20,000 nt of DNA from an uncultured virus (IMG/VR IMGVR_UViG_3300038314_001498) (lineage: Duplodnaviria; Heunggongvirae; Uroviricota; Caudoviricetes; Crassvirales), in IMG/VR virus record IMGVR_UViG_3300038314_001498; one strand, written 5' to 3'. Shown here in pieces: positions 15,925 through 20,000 of this stretch; the first letter of the stretch is position 1; each line of letters begins with the position of its first letter. Below the pieces are notes generated by a model. The model was not told where the DNA came from. It saw only the letters and a program-made list of their open reading frames with translations, and did not search any database. The position numbers were made by a program, and so were the translations under genes.

Positions 15925-16503
15925 ATGGCTAAGAAAAACAGCGAATTTATACCAGGGTACAAGAAGAAAAAACTACGAGGTATAGAGATTAGACTTCGTG
16001 AGGATAACGAGAAATACTCTAAAAAGCAGTATGTTCAGATATATAAGGGCTACGATTTTTTAGAGAATATTATGGTAGTACGCAATTATATTCAAAAATA
16101 TTATGATATTGACTGGCAATGTTTAGAATTACTTTTAAAGCTTATGGGTATGCGTGCTTTTACAATAAGAGACTATACTGATTTACCAAAGGATTATAGC
16201 TACTCTAGGTTTAATAACATGCGAGAACGCGGTTTTATAGCTTTATTGCAAGAACATAACTCGGCAGAAAAAAGTCTGTTTTGTCTCAGTGCCAGAGGGC
16301 AGAATATATGCACTAATTTTTATGCTATGCTTAGTGGTGAAAAAAAGATACCAGAAGACTCAAGGCATAATCTTATGGCTAAGAAAGATGCAACACCTTT
16401 TGATAAAAAGAAAATGAAGCTAATTGAAAAACTCAACCAGCTTCCAGTAAAAGAGCATTTTAAAAAGTTGTTTTTATTTATATGGTTTATTCCAATGTTC
16501 TAA
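15925..16503 (+). CDS. Winged-helix (MarR-like) DNA-binding protein, candidate regulator
   Basis: IDWQCLELLLKL...FTIRDY...SRFNNMRERGFI...LFCLSARG fits the wHTH pattern (helix, xxxGxI, wing, LS/TxxG). It is the only core gene on the + strand and is divergent from the late operon. Confidence 0.6.
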   Translation: MAKKNSEFIPGYKKKKLRGIEIRLREDNEKYSKKQYVQIYKGYDFLENIMVVRNYIQKYYDIDWQCLELLLKLMGMRAFTIRDYTDLPKDYSYSRFNNMRERGFIALLQEHNSAEKSLFCLSARGQNICTNFYAMLSGEKKIPEDSRHNLMAKKDATPFDKKKMKLIEKLNQLPVKEHFKKLFLFIWFIPMF

Positions 16504-16563
16504 GGCTAGAGCTATTAAAGCAAAACCAACTACCCAAACTATAAATCCATAAATAATACTCAT
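16474..16563 (-). CDS. Small hydrophobic peptide (29 aa)
   Basis: MSIIYGFIVWVVGFALIALALEHWNKPYK, one TM segment, just downstream of groES. Below the ORF-track cutoff. Confidence 0.4.
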   Translation of the reverse strand: MSIIYGFIVWVVGFALIALALEHWNKPYK

Positions 16564-16588
16564 ATATGATAAATTTAAGGATTTTTAT

Positions 16589-16861
16589 TTAAAGTAGCGC
16601 AATCACTTCACCTTTAGCATGTTCGTCACCAACCTTTAATACAATAAGGTCGTCTTCGTCTTTGTATGGTAATGATTTACCTGCATGTTCATGGTATATT
16701 ACCACTTTACCTTCATAAAAGCGTTCGTCGGTGCATTTTTCACCTACCAATACTATTTTTCCTTTGCATTGCTTTTTTTGGTCGCTTGCCAATAGCCAAA
16801 TAGATCCGCTTTTTTCTTCTTTAATTGGTTTTACTAAAATTGTGTTGTGGAGTAGTCTCAT
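16589..16861 (-). CDS. groES: Co-chaperonin GroES (Cpn10)-like protein
   Basis: 90 aa. MRLLHNTILVKP...KSGSIWL...KGKIVLVG...EGKVVIYHEHAG...EVIALL follows the Cpn10 consensus. Confidence 0.8.
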   Translation of the reverse strand: MRLLHNTILVKPIKEEKSGSIWLLASDQKKQCKGKIVLVGEKCTDERFYEGKVVIYHEHAGKSLPYKDEDDLIVLKVGDEHAKGEVIALL

Positions 16862-17072
16862 TTTCTTCTTTTTTAATATATCGTGTTACGTCGTTTTTTG
16901 TCCATGTGAGCAATTTTAAAAATACGCTCATGGTAATTTCCTTTCCTTTACTTAGTCGGTATAGTGTATGCCTAGAGATTCCTATGTCGTTTACCAATTC
17001 GTTTTGTGATAAAGCATTTTGGTATTGGTGCTTTTTTAAATCTCGGTACATGCGGTCTGTATCGAATATCAT
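16821..17072 (-). CDS. Cro/C1 (XRE)-type HTH protein
   Basis: LSQNELVNDIGISRHTLYRLSKGKEITMSVFLKL fits the XRE helix-turn-helix. Confidence 0.8.
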   Translation of the reverse strand: MIFDTDRMYRDLKKHQYQNALSQNELVNDIGISRHTLYRLSKGKEITMSVFLKLLTWTKNDVTRYIKKEENETTPQHNFSKTN

Positions 17073-17426
17073 TTACCAATCTTTTATACCGTTGTTAAAC
17101 TTCTCTTCGTACAGTAAGCCAATACATTTGCCTTGGTATTGATTAATGAGGAAAATCTCTTCTACGTCATCATCAAAATGCAAATCAAAGTCCTTTACAA
17201 ACTTGTACTTATCGTCGTGCTCAGTAAACTGTATATTTTCCCTAGCAATACCAAGCATATCTGTTAGCTGAAATAGATCATCGTTGTTAATAGGTTTGTT
17301 ACCATACATCATAGTCGCTCGGCTTGTAGTGACAAACACCTCGGCACCAAGCTCTAAAAACTTTTTGCAAAGGGATTGTACTGGTTCTGTAGTTAGCGTA
17401 CTATCAAAATCAAAACTTACTTTCAT
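17073..17426 (-). CDS. Small HAD-superfamily phosphatase-like protein
   Basis: Motif I VSFDFDSTL, motif II VTTSR, motif III K, motif IV LHFDDD. Confidence 0.75.
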   Translation of the reverse strand: MKVSFDFDSTLTTEPVQSLCKKFLELGAEVFVTTSRATMMYGNKPINNDDLFQLTDMLGIARENIQFTEHDDKYKFVKDFDLHFDDDVEEIFLINQYQGKCIGLLYEEKFNNGIKDW

Positions 17427-17653
17427 TACACTCTATCATTTTTTAAGCGCCAAATAGATTCTACTACTTTTGTTGCAGTTTCCTTGGCTTGCTCTTCAGA
17501 TACGTTAAGACTTTTGGCTAATAATTGTAGGTCTAATTCTACTACTGTATGATATTCTCTACCATGTTTTTTGTGCCAATTCTTAAAAAGCAAGCTTCGG
17601 TTAACGTTTGGCATTTTTGTTGTTTTCCTATTGAATAAAAATTGTGGCATCAT
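17426..17653 (-). CDS. Hypothetical protein
   Basis: 75 aa ORF coupled to both neighbours by overlapping start/stop codons. Confidence 0.55.
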   Translation of the reverse strand: MMPQFLFNRKTTKMPNVNRSLLFKNWHKKHGREYHTVVELDLQLLAKSLNVSEEQAKETATKVVESIWRLKNDRV

Positions 17654-17823
17654 CTTTTTGGTTTATTATTCATTTTACGTTCCCAGAATTTAGTAGTGAG
17701 TTTACCTACAACATCACGTCTTACACCTAGCTCATTACTAATCCATGTATCTCCCTTACCTTCATTGGCGTATTTTTCTATATACACCTTATCTTGTTCT
17801 GTTAAGTCGTGTATGCCTTTCAT
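17650..17823 (-). CDS. Small HTH-like protein (57 aa)
   Basis: Not in the track. MKGIHDLTEQDKVYIEKYANEGKGDTWISNELGVRRDVVGKLTTKFWERKMNNKPKR, with ATGA overlaps at both ends. ISNELGVRRDVV resembles an HTH. Confidence 0.65.
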   Translation of the reverse strand: MKGIHDLTEQDKVYIEKYANEGKGDTWISNELGVRRDVVGKLTTKFWERKMNNKPKR

Positions 17824-18251
17824 AAGCCGTGTATTAACATGTAAGCATCACGTTGCTCTTGGTTGGTACGTCCTTCGTATTTTGTCATCATCTTAAACAT
17901 TTTAGCATTTACTTTGCTTTTTGTGGGTTTTACAACACCGTGTTTTATGTTTAAGTACTCTAGCATTTCTACAATCTTACGTCCTGTTTCGTGATTACGA
18001 CCTGTATGGTTTCCTATTTTAGCGTTTTTAGCAGCCGAGCCACTTTTATCTTTGTGCCAATTTCCTTTATTAAGCCATCCGGCTTCAACAATAACAAACA
18101 TAGGTACATCGTAAAACCGCATATCTTTAAGCTTATCAAACAACTCAAAAAACGTAAGGTTAAGTAAGGTGATTTCACCATTATGGTTAATTCCTACACC
18201 GCTTTTGTCCACATCTGGATCTATACCTATGAGAAGTTTTTGTTTAGCCAT
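17820..18251 (-). CDS. RuvC-like (RNase H fold) Holliday junction resolvase
   Basis: LLIGIDPD...SGVG, VIVE and C-terminal QEQRDAYMLI acidic motifs. Confidence 0.7.
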   Translation of the reverse strand: MAKQKLLIGIDPDVDKSGVGINHNGEITLLNLTFFELFDKLKDMRFYDVPMFVIVEAGWLNKGNWHKDKSGSAAKNAKIGNHTGRNHETGRKIVEMLEYLNIKHGVVKPTKSKVNAKMFKMMTKYEGRTNQEQRDAYMLIHGL

Positions 18252-18520
18252 TAATTAAAAAAGTTTATAAAAAACGGAAGTATTGAAAATCTTACAGGTC
18301 GTTTTATAGGTTTAGATTTTTTTTCAATAGCAGGTTTTGGTGATGTGACTTTTAAATACGTTTCTAATAAATTATTGTCAATCAAATTTTGATAAAACCT
18401 TTTGTTTGATTCCCTCTGCATTTCTAGTTCTTTCATTCTGCGTTCACCTTCAAGTATATATAAAGGTGTTACCCTAAAAGATAATTCGCTCATTAAATGT
18501 ATTTCTGTGGCATCTTTCAT
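18251..18520 (-). CDS. Hypothetical protein
   Basis: ORF in track to 18550. ATG 18520, just after the upstream stop at 18525, is the more likely start. Confidence 0.55.
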   Translation of the reverse strand: MKDATEIHLMSELSFRVTPLYILEGERRMKELEMQRESNKRFYQNLIDNNLLETYLKVTSPKPAIEKKSKPIKRPVRFSILPFFINFFN

Positions 18521-18524
18521 AATT

Positions 18525-18845
18525 CTATTCTTCTTCAAGTTCTGCAGCAAATGGTCTATAATGGTCCATCCATTTTAAAAACCAGTCGTTGTCAAAATCT
18601 ATGTTATGCAGTTGCAATTGGCGTTTGTGTATTCTTAATAAGAAATACATATACTTTTTTATCTCGCCATAATCGTTGTGTTCCTGTCTGGTAACAGCCA
18701 TTAGATTCTCAATTCTATCTTCTCTAGTAACGATATGATGAATGTCAACCGATTTCTCACCACTAATTTCACTTGGTATTGATGTAGTATGGTCGTCTAC
18801 ATCATAACCAAAAGCCTCTGCGTATATTTTTTTGTAGGGTTTCAA
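18525..18845 (-). CDS. HNH endonuclease-like protein
   Basis: SVDIHHI...IENLMAVTRQEH (HH...N...H). TTG start overlaps the upstream TGA. The usual Zn-binding cysteines are absent. Confidence 0.65.
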   Translation of the reverse strand: MKPYKKIYAEAFGYDVDDHTTSIPSEISGEKSVDIHHIVTREDRIENLMAVTRQEHNDYGEIKKYMYFLLRIHKRQLQLHNIDFDNDWFLKWMDHYRPFAAELEEE

Positions 18846-18964
18846 TTTTTAATATGTAACTCTTTATAATTTTTTGGTTTGTATTGTCTACAATAACACT
18901 CTGCACAAAACTTTTTAAGTCTTGAACAAATGCTACAGTCTTTTTTATACTTAGTTTTTGACAT
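18842..18964 (-). CDS. Small Cys-rich putative zinc-binding peptide (40 aa)
   Basis: Not in the track. MSKTKYKKDCSICSRLKKFCAECYCRQYKPKNYKELHIKN has two CxxC motifs, with TAATG and TTGA couplings to its neighbours. Confidence 0.55.
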   Translation of the reverse strand: MSKTKYKKDCSICSRLKKFCAECYCRQYKPKNYKELHIKN

Positions 18965-19320
18965 TAACTATTTAATTCCTCAAGTTCAACTTTAAAAAAG
19001 CTTTCCCAATCCTCTCTATGATTAGAATAGTGTTGGTGTATTTGGTTAATCATTACCATATCGTGCACATCACACTGTGCCAATTTTTCGCAAAGCTCTT
19101 CAATATTCTTAAGAACGTTATGGTACATTTCTGGCTGTGCATTGTACACGGCATCGGTTTGTTTTATGGCTCTACCCAACTGATTGATGTACTGTTTACC
19201 AAACACTTTTAGTTTGCCTTTGTACATGTTGGTGTCTTTAATATCGTCGTTGGCTTCAATAAGCAATTGCGATAGTATAATTACCTTTAGGGTTTTCGCT
19301 TGTGTGTCGCTGTTATTCAT
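18964..19320 (-). CDS. Hypothetical protein
   Basis: 118 aa helical ORF in a tightly packed operon. Confidence 0.65.
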   Translation of the reverse strand: MNNSDTQAKTLKVIILSQLLIEANDDIKDTNMYKGKLKVFGKQYINQLGRAIKQTDAVYNAQPEMYHNVLKNIEELCEKLAQCDVHDMVMINQIHQHYSNHREDWESFFKVELEELNS

Positions 19321-19633
19321 CTTCTTTTGGTTTTACGTAGAAGTATTCTACTTCAATCATTTTAATTAAATCGTTCCATAGGTCGTCTATAGTTCGGTTG
19401 GCTTTTCTTCCAAAGTCCTGGTCATAAACAAAGAATGAAATTTCTGCCATTTGGTCTATAGAGAAAATGTCGTTAAACATTAAGAACACCGCTTCTACAA
19501 CTTTAGAGTTATCAGTCGGGTCTATATCGGCACCGTATATGTCACTCAATAATTTAGCGCGGTTATTATCGTTGTCTTGTTGCTCTTGCAGCTTTGCAAT
19601 AACTTGTTTAAATATGCTTTCAGTTAGCTTCAT
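19313..19633 (-). CDS. Hypothetical protein
   Basis: 106 aa ORF overlapping both neighbours. Confidence 0.65.
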   Translation of the reverse strand: MKLTESIFKQVIAKLQEQQDNDNNRAKLLSDIYGADIDPTDNSKVVEAVFLMFNDIFSIDQMAEISFFVYDQDFGRKANRTIDDLWNDLIKMIEVEYFYVKPKEDE

Positions 19634-19889
19634 TTAATAAAATATTAGCTTTTAGTAGTTGTGATTTTAGCCATTGAGCACCTTTTCTATATCCAGTCCT
19701 ATGCTCAATATGTTCTTCTAATTCAAATGATTTTTCATGTATAATATCATCTGTTATACTCTCTACTTTAGCTTTATGGTAGGCTTCGGCGAACTCTAAC
19801 ATATCAGATTCATTCCAACCCTCTGACCAATATTCGTAGTCATTGTCTTTACACCATTTTTCTACTGTTAAATTATTATCTACTGTCAT
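19620..19889 (-). CDS. Hypothetical phage protein
   Basis: 89 aa with FAEAYHK and GYRKGAQWLK motifs of the kind seen in small Bacteroidota phage proteins (from recall). Confidence 0.6.
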   Translation of the reverse strand: MTVDNNLTVEKWCKDNDYEYWSEGWNESDMLEFAEAYHKAKVESITDDIIHEKSFELEEHIEHRTGYRKGAQWLKSQLLKANILLNEAN

Positions 19890-20000
19890 AGTAACTGTAT
19901 TTGGTTTTTAACCGTTTTCGTTTTCATAAAACCCAGATCCACTAATACACTTTTTGTAACCCATGGCAGTAGCTACACAATCTGTTCTACTAAACTCTGA
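19875..20000 (-). CDS. C-terminal fragment of an upstream hypothetical protein
   Basis: The only minus frame open from the window edge: SEFSRTDCVATAMGYKKCISGSGFYEKRKRLKTKYSYYDSR*. Confidence 0.35.

Noticed and set aside
2512..19369. The many short + strand ORFs in the track (e.g. 2512..2835, 7091..7414, 10176..10451, 16825..17142, 17642..17896)
   Set aside because: They are antisense shadows of well-supported minus-strand genes, with atypical Ser/Cys/Phe-rich composition.
1..20000. Stop-codon reassignment as in some Crassvirales
   Set aside because: Genes are full length and tightly packed in code 11. TAG ends terL (4847-4849) two bases before the portal ATG, and TGA is used in many ATGA overlaps.
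1..20000. CRISPR array, tRNA/rRNA genes, IS transposase, integrase or DGR
   Set aside because: No regularly spaced repeats, RNA gene signatures, recombinase, transposase or RT motifs were seen by eye.

Overview
This AT-rich window is part of a tailed dsDNA phage (or prophage) of Bacteroidota, probably Flavobacteriaceae. Almost all genes are on the minus strand, read in the standard genetic code, with many ATGA/TAATG overlaps. In transcription order it holds: small early/middle genes (HNH-like, RuvC-like, HAD, HTH, GroES); one divergent winged-helix gene; a tail/fibre-like block in which three consecutive proteins carry Sec signal peptides, including a PL1 pectate lyase; a lysis block (holin candidates, cupin, M15 endolysin, spanin-like pair); and the head/packaging block (tandem-GroES protein, internally duplicated TerS-position protein, TerL, portal, scaffold, 5' end of the major capsid gene). 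From recall, not a search, gene order and motifs resemble Cellulophaga phi38:1/phi40:1-like and crAss-related podoviruses. The most unusual element is an ~790 bp insert between portal and scaffold with the junction signature of an integron-type gene cassette: reciprocal GTT/AAC core sites and two attC-like hairpins. It carries a highly structured putative ncRNA and two antisense-overlapping ORFs, and no integrase is present in the window. All calls come from reading the sequence by eye; no database searches were run.
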